From NCBI GenBank assembly GCA_024274695.1, contig JAJSAI010000018.1, positions 1-23,452 on the forward strand: a DNA stretch of 23,452 nt. The letters are read 5' to 3'. The notes below the pieces were generated by a model that worked only from the letters and a program-made list of their open reading frames with translations, searched no databases and was not told the origin of the DNA. How positions within the stretch are numbered: position 1 is the first letter of the stretch; every line of letters begins with the position of its first letter. Shown here piece after piece: positions 1 to 9,789 of this stretch. This DNA comes from an archaeon (GTDB lineage: Archaea > B1Sed10-29 > JAJSAI01). The translations under genes and the position numbers were made by a program.

Positions 1-166
1 CGTCGTGGAAGAGGAGAACGCCCTCCTGGAATCCTTTTATGCCTTTTATGGTTACGCAGGTGTACCCGTTGAACCCTTCTTCCATTAGCTTGCGCAGGTA
101 CTCCCGCGCGTTGGTCACGCTAAGGTCTTTTCCTCTCTCAAGAGGATTGCCTGCTGTGATCTTCAT
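1..166 (-). CDS. DUF2226-like archaeal protein, 5' part (runs off the window edge)
   Basis: Not in the ORF track. Hand translation from ATG 166 gives MKITAGNPLERGKDLSVTNAREYLRKLMEEGFNGYTCVTIKGIKGFQEGVLLFHD. The ATG overlaps the NYN stop (ATGA). The FNGY...GF.EG.LLF pattern recalls DUF2226 (from memory, not searched). Confidence 0.6.
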   Translation of the reverse strand, partial: MKITAGNPLERGKDLSVTNAREYLRKLMEEGFNGYTCVTIKGIKGFQEGVLLFHD

Positions 167-612
167 GTTCTTTTCTCCTTGAGTATTATCACGTGGTCGG
201 CCGTGTTCCTCAGGGTGGCCGAGAACGGTTCCGAGCCTATGACCACTGTTTCTTTCCCGTACTTCTTTGCCTTCATTATCACGGACTGGAAGTCACCGTC
301 CCTGGTCACCAGCGCTATCACGTCAACGTTGCTGGTGAATATTGTTTCCATGACCTCGGCTGCCATGGGCGCGTCAATATCGTCAGAGGTTACTATCACC
401 GGCTCGAATCCCTGGTTAACCACCGCTTCTATAAGCTTTTCAGGAGCAAACTGGTTTAAAAAAACTTTGCTGACTTTTATTGGCCCGAACTTCCTAAGCT
501 CTTTTTTCACGACGCCCAGGTCAGTGTCAAACTCGCGTCTCAGCATGTTGGGACCGTCCACAAAAACAGCGACTCTCTTTTCCCCAAGTTTTCTTTTCCG
601 CAAGTTTATCAA
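163..612 (-). CDS. NYN/LabA-like PIN-fold protein (TIGR00288 family)
   Basis: VFVDGPN, DID, TRDGDF, G.ETVVIG and LRNTAD motifs; TTG start preceded by a GGTGA Shine-Dalgarno. Confidence 0.88.
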   Translation of the reverse strand: MINLRKRKLGEKRVAVFVDGPNMLRREFDTDLGVVKKELRKFGPIKVSKVFLNQFAPEKLIEAVVNQGFEPVIVTSDDIDAPMAAEVMETIFTSNVDVIALVTRDGDFQSVIMKAKKYGKETVVIGSEPFSATLRNTADHVIILKEKRT

Positions 613-736
613 GATGTTTCACCTTGTGCTCTCCGGGTATTGATAGAGAACGTATTACTATTTAATAAGTATTTCTCTCAGGGCCCTTCCGCGTGACGCT
701 GCCTCCAGAGGTTTTTATAAGAGGGGATGATTAATC

Positions 737-1765
737 TTGGGACGTATGATCAACAGGACCATCTGGTTCACGGTCGGGATGGGCCTGATAGTGTTCGTTC
801 TCATAGGTTTTTCAGCGGGAATGGACAAGTCTCTTCCAGTGGTCCTGCACGCTTTTGAGGAAAACAAGGGTTTCTTGTTGCTCGCGCTGGCGTGCCAGTT
901 CCTTTCGCTCGTCACGGTTTGGCTCAGGTGGCACTACCTTACCGTGATGAGCGGTGTGAAGGCAAGGCCCTGGGACACGTTCCTGATCTCATTAGCCGGT
1001 GGCGCGATTAACAATCTTACTCCCAGTGCGAGAATGGGTGGGGAAGCAGTGAAAATGTTCCTGCTCAACAAGAGGGCTGAAGTGCGCACTGGGCTCAGCG
1101 CTAGCACTATCGTGTCCGAGAAGGTTTTTGACGGCATAGTGTTCAGCGCGGTCTCTGTCATGGCAATAATCTCGGCCGCAGGGTTTTTGTCAGGATGGGT
1201 TCTAGGGGTTTCTGTGCTGGCGCTGGGCTTTGCGGTCTTCCTGCTAATGGTCACCCTTGAAATAGCGTACCACAAGAACAAGGGAGAAAGAATAGTCCAC
1301 TGGGTGATAAGAAAGCTGGGCTGGCTTATCAACAGGTACAGGCCCCTGCCGATGGTCAGAAAGCATGCTCTTGAGAGTCTTGAGATATTCAACAAGAAGA
1401 CAAAGGGCCTTCTGAAAATGAAGAGAGCATGGTTCTACGGGCTCTCCTTCTCAGCCTTGACATGGGTTTTTGACATTCTCAGAGGGTATTTTATATTCCG
1501 GGCTCTGGGTCTTAACGTGAGCCTGCAGGTGATCGCGCTGGTGCTCGTGCTCGCAATGCTCGTGGGGAGCATTCCCCTCCTTCCAGGCGGCCTGGGAAGC
1601 ATTGAGCCTGTAATGATAATTATTTATACCTCTTCCGGCATTTCACTTGCAGCAGCAGGAATGCAGACCATAATCGACCGGACGCTTTCCTTCTGGCTGG
1701 TGACTGGTCTCGGGATTCTTGCTGCTTACAGAACAGGAGTCAAGATGGTGAGAGAGAATGTCTGA
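737..1765 (+). CDS. Flippase-like / lysylphosphatidylglycerol synthase TM domain protein (UPF0104, AglD2-like)
   Basis: LRW, NNLTPSARMGGE, EKVFD, PLLPGGLGSIE and IDR motifs; multiple TM helices; start is TTG 737 or ATG 746. Confidence 0.88.
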   Translation: MGRMINRTIWFTVGMGLIVFVLIGFSAGMDKSLPVVLHAFEENKGFLLLALACQFLSLVTVWLRWHYLTVMSGVKARPWDTFLISLAGGAINNLTPSARMGGEAVKMFLLNKRAEVRTGLSASTIVSEKVFDGIVFSAVSVMAIISAAGFLSGWVLGVSVLALGFAVFLLMVTLEIAYHKNKGERIVHWVIRKLGWLINRYRPLPMVRKHALESLEIFNKKTKGLLKMKRAWFYGLSFSALTWVFDILRGYFIFRALGLNVSLQVIALVLVLAMLVGSIPLLPGGLGSIEPVMIIIYTSSGISLAAAGMQTIIDRTLSFWLVTGLGILAAYRTGVKMVRENV

Positions 1766-2153
1766 CGTGATGAGGGCAGAGGTAAAGGATCTGAAGGAAG
1801 GAAAGCTCGTCGTTATTGACGGAGAACCTTGCAGGATAGTTAGCATACAAAAGTCAAAGCCTGGAAAGCATGGTGCCGCCAAGGCAAGGGTTGAGGGCAT
1901 AAGTCTTTTCACGGGCCAGAAGAAGACATTGCTCAAGAGCACTGACTCGCCCTGCGAGATCCCAATACTCTTGAGGAAGAACGCACAGGTTGTTGCAGAC
2001 CTCGGGGGAGACAGGGTCCAGCTCATGGACCTGGAGACCTACGAGACGTACGAGCTTGACGTGCCAGAAGACCTGAAAGGAAAACTGTCCCCCGGGGACG
2101 AGGTGGAAGTGAACGAGGTCATGGGCAGGAGGTTCATCGCGAGGAAGAGGTAG
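1758..2153 (+). CDS. eif5a: Translation factor aIF5A (eIF5A)
   Basis: Hypusination loop SKPGKHGAAKAR; QLMDLETYET; 131 aa. Confidence 0.97.
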   Translation: MSDVMRAEVKDLKEGKLVVIDGEPCRIVSIQKSKPGKHGAAKARVEGISLFTGQKKTLLKSTDSPCEIPILLRKNAQVVADLGGDRVQLMDLETYETYELDVPEDLKGKLSPGDEVEVNEVMGRRFIARKR

Positions 2154-2168
2154 GACAAAAACCCCTGC

Positions 2169-2675
2169 TTATTCTCCCTTGGCCTCCTCCAGCCTTTTCT
2201 TATAGTTTTCCGTGTCTTCTTTCACCCATTCTTTAACATCATAGTACAGTAGGTTCCCGTTCTCGTCGTCAGTGACAACCCGTTCTATTCCCGCGTTTAT
2301 CAGTACTCTCTTGCACCTGTCGCAGGGGTGAGAGGGGGTGGGCTTCCCGTCAGCGGTTTCCCCGTAAATGTAGAGGGTTCCTCCGAGGACAGAAGTCCCG
2401 TTCCTGGCAGCATTTATTACCGCGTTCTCTTCAGCGTGCACTGCGGGACAGTAGTCGTACGCGCCCCAGTGAGGAGCGTTGACCATGTTCTTGAGGCATC
2501 CTACTTCCTCGCAGTTGACGACTCCTCTCGCGGGCCCGTTGTACCCAGTGGAAACAATCGCGTCATTCACGACTATTATTGCACCGAACTTCCTGCGGAG
2601 GCACCCGCTCCTCTGGCTCACGCTCTTCGCGATGTTCAGGTAGTACAAATCCTTTGGAATCCTTTTCCCGGGCAT
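2169..2675 (-). CDS. dCMP deaminase family protein (ComEB-like)
   Basis: RSGCLRR.FGA, TGYNG, HAEENA and PCDRC zinc-binding motifs. Confidence 0.93.
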   Translation of the reverse strand: MPGKRIPKDLYYLNIAKSVSQRSGCLRRKFGAIIVVNDAIVSTGYNGPARGVVNCEEVGCLKNMVNAPHWGAYDYCPAVHAEENAVINAARNGTSVLGGTLYIYGETADGKPTPSHPCDRCKRVLINAGIERVVTDDENGNLLYYDVKEWVKEDTENYKKRLEEAKGE

Positions 2676-2720
2676 GATTGTATATAAGAGAATTCTGGGT
2701 TTTAATTCCTTCCATAGCAG

Positions 2721-2728
2721 TTTTTAAA
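2721..2728 (+). promoter_or_regulatory. TATA box of the Yip1 gene (probably a leaderless transcript)
   Basis: TTTTTAAA about 25 nt upstream of ATG 2753, in a divergent intergenic region. Confidence 0.5.
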
Positions 2729-2752
2729 GGCAGAATTCCTTTTATTCCACTA

Positions 2753-3331
2753 ATGGTATTGGCAAAAGCGTTCTCAACACTCCTCAGGCCTGAGGAGGCG
2801 GAGAAGAACTCCCGGGGGATGACTTTTCTTAATGCTGTTTGCAGCGTTTTCCTGGCGTCCGCGTTTCCTGCAACGCTCGTGTCCCTGCTGGTGCTCGTGG
2901 TGGTGATAGATCCTCTGCTGGTCAGGATGCTCGGCAGAACGGTTAACGTTTCTCTCCTACTTCCCCCGATCGTCTGGGTTTCGTGCGTCGCGCTTTCCCT
3001 AGTGTGCTGGTCAGTGTTCTCCTTGTTCTACTGGGTGGTGGGAAAACTGTTTGACGGTAAAGGGAGCCTCAGCAGGTTCGCGGTCGCGTACTCCCTCCCG
3101 TACTCTGCGCTGGTCCTGCTCTCGACCCTCGTGCTGGTTCCTGCACTCGGAATCCTGGTCTTGGTAGGGCTGTTCCTGTGGAACCTGGTGGTGGTCTTCG
3201 AGCTGTACAAGGGAGTCATGAAGCTCAGCACCGAAAAGGCACTGCTTGCCATTGTCGTGCAGTTCCTGCTGCCTGTTCTGGTGATGATCCTGCTCGCGGT
3301 GTTCGCCGCGATATTCGCATGGCTCGCGTGA
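2753..3331 (+). CDS. Yip1-domain membrane protein
   Basis: About five hydrophobic helices; K-LFDGKGS...AYS.P and late KLSTEKA patterns typical of prokaryotic Yip1. Start moved to ATG 2753 because of the TATA spacing. Confidence 0.7.
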   Translation: MVLAKAFSTLLRPEEAEKNSRGMTFLNAVCSVFLASAFPATLVSLLVLVVVIDPLLVRMLGRTVNVSLLLPPIVWVSCVALSLVCWSVFSLFYWVVGKLFDGKGSLSRFAVAYSLPYSALVLLSTLVLVPALGILVLVGLFLWNLVVVFELYKGVMKLSTEKALLAIVVQFLLPVLVMILLAVFAAIFAWLA

Positions 3332-3387
3332 TACAGAAAACTTTTTAACGTTCCCTGTGTCATAATGTTCTCGTCCGGTGAAGGATT

Positions 3388-4836
3388 ATGGCAGAGGAGA
3401 AGGTGGAGCGCTTTTACGACTGGTTCCTGCGCGTGCTGGAAGAAGGAGAATTCATAGACCAACGGTATCCGGTCAAAGGGTTTATAGTGCACAGGCCAAA
3501 CGCGGCAATTATAGAAAAGCATGTTTATGATATGATCGAGGGAGAGCTTGAAAAAGAAGGGCACAAGAGAAGCATGTTCCCCTCTGTGGTACTAAAATCT
3601 TTTTTCGAGAAGGAGGCCGAGCATGCTGAAGGCTTTGCTCCAGAAGTGTTCTGGCTAGAGCCCATCAAGGGAGAGTCTGAGGAAAGGCTTGCCCTGAGGC
3701 CAACGAGCGAGACGATAATGTACTACATGTACGCTCTGTGGGTCAGGAGCTACCGTGACCTGCCCATGAAATTGTACCAGTCCTGCCAGATCTGGAGGCT
3801 TGACACTAAGGCAACCAAAGCACTCCTCAGGGACCGGGAATTCTACTGGATAGAAGCTCATGACGTGTTCAGAACTCCTGGAGAGGCAGAGGAACAGGTT
3901 CTGACCGACGAGAGGATAATGCAGAAGACAGTCTGGGAGAGGCTTGGTATACCTTTCGTGTTCCTGAAGAGGCCGGAGTGGGACAAGTTCCCCGGAGGAG
4001 AGGCCACGTACGCTTTCGAGACCCTTGCTCCTGATGGTAGGGCCCTGCAGTTCGGGACGACCCACAACCTCGGCCAAAAGTTCTCCAAAAGCTTTGAAAT
4101 ACAATACCTTGACGAAGACGGGGAAAAGAAGATGCCGTACCAGACATGCTTCGGCCCGGGAGTATCAAGGATACTCGCGTGCCTCATAGCAGTTCACGGT
4201 GACGATAAGGGCGCAGTGCTCCCGTTCGAGGTCGCTCCAGTGCAAGTGGTAGTAGTGCCGGTCCTGTTCAAGGACAATATGAAAGAAAAGGTCATGGAAA
4301 AGGCAAGGGAACTGCACAAAACCCTTTCCAAAGACTATCGTGTGGTGCTTGATGACTCTGATAAGACTCCTGGAAACAAGTACTATCACTGGGAGCTCAG
4401 GGGAGTGCCCATCAGGATAGAGGTAGGGCCAAGGGACGTTGAAGCAGGCAAGGTCACGCTCGTGCCCAGGGACACGGGAGAAAAAAAGCAGGTCCCCGAA
4501 GAGAACGTCTTGGATGCGGTAAAAGAGGAAGCGGCTGCGATGCTGGAGAGAATGAAGGAAAAGGCAAAAAAGGATTTTGAGTCAAGAGTGGCTGAAGCGT
4601 CCAGCATGGAAGAACTTGGGAAGAAACTGGACGAGGTAAGAGGTTTCGTAAAGGTGCCTTTCTGTGACGTAGAATCTTTTGACGGCCTCGCGTGCGCTGA
4701 CGAGATAGGAGAGAGGTTCAAGGCCTTCGTCAGAGGAGTGCCCGCGCACAATCCCGAGAAACCTCCTGAGGGCGCAAGGTGTATAGTGTGCGGCAAGCCG
4801 GCAAAGCATATCGTGTGGGTTTCCAGATCATACTAA
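3388..4836 (+). CDS. proS: Proline--tRNA ligase, archaeal/eukaryotic type
   Basis: LRPTSET, REFYWIEAH, HNLGQKFSK, HGDDKG, anticodon domain GVPIRIEVGPRD, C-terminal CIVCG zinc site ending in RSY. Confidence 0.97.
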   Translation: MAEEKVERFYDWFLRVLEEGEFIDQRYPVKGFIVHRPNAAIIEKHVYDMIEGELEKEGHKRSMFPSVVLKSFFEKEAEHAEGFAPEVFWLEPIKGESEERLALRPTSETIMYYMYALWVRSYRDLPMKLYQSCQIWRLDTKATKALLRDREFYWIEAHDVFRTPGEAEEQVLTDERIMQKTVWERLGIPFVFLKRPEWDKFPGGEATYAFETLAPDGRALQFGTTHNLGQKFSKSFEIQYLDEDGEKKMPYQTCFGPGVSRILACLIAVHGDDKGAVLPFEVAPVQVVVVPVLFKDNMKEKVMEKARELHKTLSKDYRVVLDDSDKTPGNKYYHWELRGVPIRIEVGPRDVEAGKVTLVPRDTGEKKQVPEENVLDAVKEEAAAMLERMKEKAKKDFESRVAEASSMEELGKKLDEVRGFVKVPFCDVESFDGLACADEIGERFKAFVRGVPAHNPEKPPEGARCIVCGKPAKHIVWVSRSY

Positions 4837-4881
4837 GACAAAAAGAAGAGGCTGAGGAAAGGGAAAACCAAAGGGGTTTTT

Positions 4882-5346
4882 TCACCTCTTTTTCCTGCGG
4901 GTCCTTCTGGCGGTTTTCTTACTGGAAGTCGCTGTCTTCTTCTTGCCGGAGGATTTTGATCTTGCGGTTTTCTTGCGCGTGGCAGGTTTTTTCCGAGTCT
5001 TCTTAGCGGAGGTCTTGACAGGCTTTACTTCTTGTCTGGCTCTCCTTTCTTCGTACCGTTCCACTCTTCCCGAAACCCACCGGGACACCAGCTCGGGCGT
5101 GATGTATATCCCCGAGACCCAGAGTACCGCTCCCACAAGCCAGAGCGTGAGACCGGCGTAAATGTACCCGTGGGCACACGCCTGAACCGGGCACATTCTC
5201 ACGAACGCCTCTCCTGTCATCGGATCAACATCCTGGCATGGCACGAGAGGACAGGTTGTTGACATTATGATATAAACAGCGCCTATGACGGCGAGGAGTA
5301 TTCCAAGCCTCTTCACGTACTCATTAAGATGAGTTTCCCGTCTCAT
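4882..5346 (-). CDS. Hypothetical two-TM protein with Cys-rich loop and Lys/Arg-rich C-terminal tail
   Basis: From ATG 5346 (MRRETHLNEY..., 154 aa): TM1, CPLVPC...CPVQAC loop, TM2, basic tail. TATA-like tract at 5370-5377 upstream and a minus-strand pyrimidine tract downstream (4837-4870). Confidence 0.7.
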   Translation of the reverse strand: MRRETHLNEYVKRLGILLAVIGAVYIIMSTTCPLVPCQDVDPMTGEAFVRMCPVQACAHGYIYAGLTLWLVGAVLWVSGIYITPELVSRWVSGRVERYEERRARQEVKPVKTSAKKTRKKPATRKKTARSKSSGKKKTATSSKKTARRTRRKKR

Positions 5347-5398
5347 GACAACAAATAAAAACAGAAGTGTTTTTAAGTCTTTCGGGGATAAAATCACT

Positions 5399-6055
5399 GT
5401 GAAAGAGAATATTCTCCTCCTGGGAGATAGCGTTGAGCTACTGAAAAAGGTACCTGACGAGACTGTTGATCTCATTTTTGCAGATCCCCCATTTACACTC
5501 GAAGAGGTGCATCCCCCTGTCCGATGCGACTATTTAACTTGGACAAGGCAGTGGATGAAGGAATGTGTCAGGGTTTTGAAGAGGACTGGTTCAATTTATA
5601 TTCAGATGAGCAGTGATTATGCTCCTTTTGTGTTTAATATCGCAATAAAAGAGGGGCTTTACTATAAGAATTGGATTGTATGGAAGCATTCATATGTATG
5701 TCAAGAAAGAAAGAGGTTTGGGAAAGCATATACACCTATCCTTTTCTTCACGAGGCACTCTTCGAAGTATTCTTTTAATGTTCAAGAAAAAGAAGACTGT
5801 GTAGATACCTGGTTTACAGATAAATCAGAGGAAGAGGCTACTAGAAAAATAGACGAGTTGTCAACACCCTCAAGTATTTTGGAGAGAATAATAAAAACAA
5901 GCAGTAACAAAGGAGATCTAATTCTTGATCCGTTTGTAGGTTCTGGAACGTCACTGGTTGTGGCAAAAAAGTTTAACCGTAGATATATTGGTTTCGATTC
6001 ATCAGAATATAAAATAAAGTTAGCACTAAGAAGATTAAAACAGGTCAGCTCTTAA
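5399..6055 (+). CDS. Orphan DNA N6-adenine/N4-cytosine methyltransferase, beta class (divergent)
   Basis: GDS..LLK, DLIFADPPF (motif IV) ahead of LDPFVGSGT (motif I), then RRYIGFD. Start at GTG 5399 (GGGGA upstream) avoids overlap with the divergent gene. Confidence 0.85.
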   Translation: MKENILLLGDSVELLKKVPDETVDLIFADPPFTLEEVHPPVRCDYLTWTRQWMKECVRVLKRTGSIYIQMSSDYAPFVFNIAIKEGLYYKNWIVWKHSYVCQERKRFGKAYTPILFFTRHSSKYSFNVQEKEDCVDTWFTDKSEEEATRKIDELSTPSSILERIIKTSSNKGDLILDPFVGSGTSLVVAKKFNRRYIGFDSSEYKIKLALRRLKQVSS

Positions 6056-8471
6056 TTGTTATAGAGTTATTGTCTAATAGGATTTCTCCAGCGCCTTCTT
6101 CTTCGAAAGAAATATCTTTTACGAAGAGAGATAGAAGAGTTTCTCTGATGAATTCACGAAGTTTATCAGTAGTTGGTCCGTGGAATATTACTTTTGAAAT
6201 CTCCTCTTTTAAAGAAAGTGAGTTCTTGCTTTTGTAGGTTCTTATAGCAGAGACAAAGTTTAAAACAGTTTTTGTCACTTCCTCTTCTACCTTTGGAGAT
6301 TCTGCTTCATATTCTGGCCACTCTTCTAAGTGTACTGACTCTGTTTCAGAATGGTTTAGGAATTCATGGTATATCTCCTCTGTTATATGCGGGATGAATG
6401 GAGCCATCAACCGATTGAATTCGTCAAGAAGTTTGTAACATACTTTCCCCACAACTTTATCCCCTGCGTAAACTCTTGGCTTTATCATCTCTAAGTAATA
6501 ATCGCATACCTCTGACCACCAGAAGGACCGCAGGATTTCAAGTGCTTTAGCGAACTCGTATTTGTCAAGTAGATCTGTAACCTCTTTCTTCACTTCGTTT
6601 AATCTTCCAAGTATCCACTCGTCCATGATCTTTATGTCCTTATAATCTAGTGATTTCTCTTCTTTGGATAAGGTGCTGAATGTCTTGTGAAGGAGGAATG
6701 CAGAGTTAAAGTATTTTTGGAGGAATTTGCTGGCATAAATTAGTTTCTTCCAGTCAAGCGGGTAGTCTTCTCCTAGAGATGCGCTTAGAGCCCACTGTCT
6801 TAAACAATCCGCCCCGTACTTTTCAAGGACTTCCTCTGGAGGTACTATGTTCCCATGAGATTTGTCCATTTTTTTACCATCTGGGCCTGCTACCATACCA
6901 TTTATGACAATGTCTTTGAACGGCGCTTTTCCGGCTAAAATCAGGGCTCTGAAAATGGTGTAGAAGGCCCAAGTTCTGATTATGTCATACCCTTGCGGTC
7001 TCAAGGTCACAGGGTATGTTTTCTTGAAAAATTCCTCGTTTCTCTTCCATTTCGTTATAACGAGAGGAGTTATGGATGAATCTACCCAGCAATCGCAAAC
7101 ATCTGTAGAGCCATTTATGTTCGTAGAACCACATTTGGGGCATTTGTCTACTGGCGCGGATTCTACAGCTGGATCCACTGGAACTCCCTTTAACAGTTTT
7201 TCACCGTCAGGAGGAATGATCCCCCCACAATCTTCACAGTACCAGAAGGGGATGGGAGTACCATACACTCTTTATCTTGATCTAATCCAATCCCATGTTA
7301 TGCTGTTAGCCCAGTCTTCAAATCTCTTAAACATGTGTTGAGGGTACCAGTTTATCTCTTTTCCGGCTCTGAGAATGTCTGGAACAAACTCTTTTATGCG
7401 AATGAACCACTGGGGTACTGGAATAAGTTCTACGGGCGTCCTGCATGTTGCTCTCTCAGCGTGTACTAACACATTATGAGTGTATGGTTCTACTTTTACA
7501 AGGTATCCGTCCCTCTTAAGTTTTTCAGCAACTTTTTGCCTTGCTTCCTCCGCTGAAAGTCCTGCAAACTCTTGTCCAAGGTCAGTAAGTTTGCCTTCCT
7601 TGTCTATGAGAGAGTATATTGGAAGATTGTATTCTCTTTGGAGTATTACGTCCATTTCATCCCCGAAGGTACATAGATAAACGGCACCTGTTCCAAATTC
7701 CCTGTCCACTCTTTCATCGGCGATTATTGGAACACTTCTGTTGACATAAGGCACCACCGCTTTTTTCCCGACCAGGTGAGTATACCTCTCATCTTCCGGG
7801 TGAACGAATATCGCCACGCACGCATACAAGAATTCTGGACGGGTTGTTGCGATGGTTATCTTGTCCTTATCCCCGTTGGCGATTGGGAATTGTATATACC
7901 ATAGATGCCCAGGCCTTTCTTCATACCCTACTTCTGCTTGTGCTAGTGCAGTTCCACACTTGGGACACCATAGTACTGGTGCTTCACTTCTGTAGATAAG
8001 ACCCTTGTTGAAAAACTCCAACAGTGAGTACTGCACGAGAGATCTGTACTCTGGGGTGTGTGTCTCGTAATATTGGTCCCAGTCAGCAGAATATCCTAAC
8101 TGAACATACTGCTTTTTCATTTTCTTAATTGCTTTTTCAGTCCAGTCAATACAAGTCTCTATAAACTGTTGTCTATCCTCTTTTTTGACTCCATACTCAC
8201 TTTCTACCTTGAGCTCTGTGGGAAGGCCATGACAATCGAATCCAACAGGAAAGAGCACAGAGTAACCTCTCATTCTTTTGTACCTTGCTATAAAATCAAT
8301 CCAAGTATGATTCAACGCGTGACCCATGTGCAAGCTTCCAGATGTGAAGGAAGGAGGGTTGTCTATACTATAAACAGGTTTATCTGTATCCGGATCAAAC
8401 TTGAAGAGAGATAGTTTTTCCCATTTTTCTTGCCATTTCTTTTCCGTTTGCTGAGGGTTATACCGGGGCAT
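6045..8471 (-). pseudogene. valS: Valine--tRNA ligase, archaeal type, interrupted by one in-frame TAA (7272-7274)
   Basis: ORFs 7272-8471 and 6045-7268 are in the same frame. HMGH, GFDCHGLPTE, TTRPE, GTGAV, WDWIRSR*RVYGTPIPFWY, LRPQGYDIIRTWAFY, KMDKS and CDYYLEMIKPR. Family call is strong; pseudogene versus sequencing error versus split gene is unresolved. Confidence 0.8.
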
Positions 8472-8493
8472 GTTCTTTCACCACTTAACGATA

Positions 8494-9789
8494 TCAGATA
8501 AAATGTTTTAAAAATTTGTGGACATTAGTTATGTAGTTATATCTTTTTAAAACAGTATTGTACCCTTCTTTTTTAATCTTGATTTGTGTTTCATCGTTCA
8601 AATTTAGAGCATGGATAAAAACATCAGCAGTTTCTTCAGAATACTGATTATACAAAAAGCCGTCTTTCCCATGGGTTATTTGCTCAGACAAACCATCTAC
8701 ATTTGAGGCAACGCATACACCGCCCTTATCCCGACACCAAATTCTAACTTCTGCGCACACCAGCCCAAAAGGCTCTGAAATTGATGGGATGACTATTAGT
8801 TTAGTATTTTTCCATTGACATAATCCAACCAATTCTTTTTTAGGTATCTTGAATGGAATAATAACTCCTCTTAATTTTAGCTTTTTAAACAAAAATTTTA
8901 AAAGATCCAAGTTTGGTTGATATCGCGTTGACTGATGTGCTATTAGCACAAAAAAGAGGTCTTTTTCTTTTTTTTGAATTTTTTGCCACAAATACAATAA
9001 TTGTTCAAATCCTTTATATTTTTCTGCCCTTCCAAAACTTATGATTACTTTGGAGTGTAATGGGATTTTATACTTTAATAATATTCTTTTTGTTTCCCTT
9101 TCTGGAATTGTAATCATTTCATTTTCAGGGATTACTCCATTTATGAGGTCTACTGCTTTTTTTCTGTCGAGTCCGTAGTCACTTATCAAATGCTTTTTCA
9201 TGAAATTGCTTATACAACCGATGTACACGTTATCGTAAAAGTTTGCTAGGTCAATACCTCCCTTTTCCCATTTGAAACGTATTGGGTCATGAGGTTTTCC
9301 CGCACGTTCTTGATTTAGTCCTGTACTATGAGGTACCCATACGATTGTAGCGTTCTTTATTTTGCTTTTAATTCGTGGCGCCTGCCTTAAGAAGTAGTAC
9401 CCTGCGTATGCATAGGGTGTGTCAAAAAGGAGGTCTAATGTCTCTTTGTCATGTCTGAAGTTGTTTAGCATTATCGATGCAGAGGAGAGAGAACTTGCGT
9501 TCCATTGAGTTAACGAACCGTATTGAAAGGTCCCTTCAGAACCATCGGATACAAAGTAAATCTGGCCGCCGTATTTTGATGTCACTTTTTGGGCTCTTTT
9601 AAGATATCTAGTATTGTATCCTAATGCACCTTTTTTTAGTGAGGGTGTTACAATGTTAAATTTTAAAGAAGCACTAATCCTAGAATGAAGGATCTGCATT
9701 ACACCAATAAATGATCTTGTAATAGTCCCTACACCACAATAACAACTCTCAATACCGTCATAGGTGTGTAAGAATAAATGTTTCATCAT
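8494..9789 (-). CDS. Glycosyltransferase family 4 (GT-B)
   Basis: FGRAEKYKG, PSISEPFGLVCAE (EX7E), SNVDGLSEQITHGKDGFL. Ends 22 bp before valS, which has a GGTGA SD at 8478-8482. Confidence 0.88.
   Translation of the reverse strand: MMKHLFLHTYDGIESCYCGVGTITRSFIGVMQILHSRISASLKFNIVTPSLKKGALGYNTRYLKRAQKVTSKYGGQIYFVSDGSEGTFQYGSLTQWNASSLSSASIMLNNFRHDKETLDLLFDTPYAYAGYYFLRQAPRIKSKIKNATIVWVPHSTGLNQERAGKPHDPIRFKWEKGGIDLANFYDNVYIGCISNFMKKHLISDYGLDRKKAVDLINGVIPENEMITIPERETKRILLKYKIPLHSKVIISFGRAEKYKGFEQLLYLWQKIQKKEKDLFFVLIAHQSTRYQPNLDLLKFLFKKLKLRGVIIPFKIPKKELVGLCQWKNTKLIVIPSISEPFGLVCAEVRIWCRDKGGVCVASNVDGLSEQITHGKDGFLYNQYSEETADVFIHALNLNDETQIKIKKEGYNTVLKRYNYITNVHKFLKHFI

Noticed and set aside
7272-7274. 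Genome-wide TAA-to-Gln reassignment explaining the valS stop
   Set aside because: TAA ends proS, ths, the radical SAM gene and the Cas4-like gene at expected lengths, and no other gene shows internal stops.
7260-7295. Frameshift, intron or intein at the valS break
   Set aside because: Both halves are in one frame and the motif spacing matches DWxISRQRxxG exactly, so nothing is inserted or deleted.
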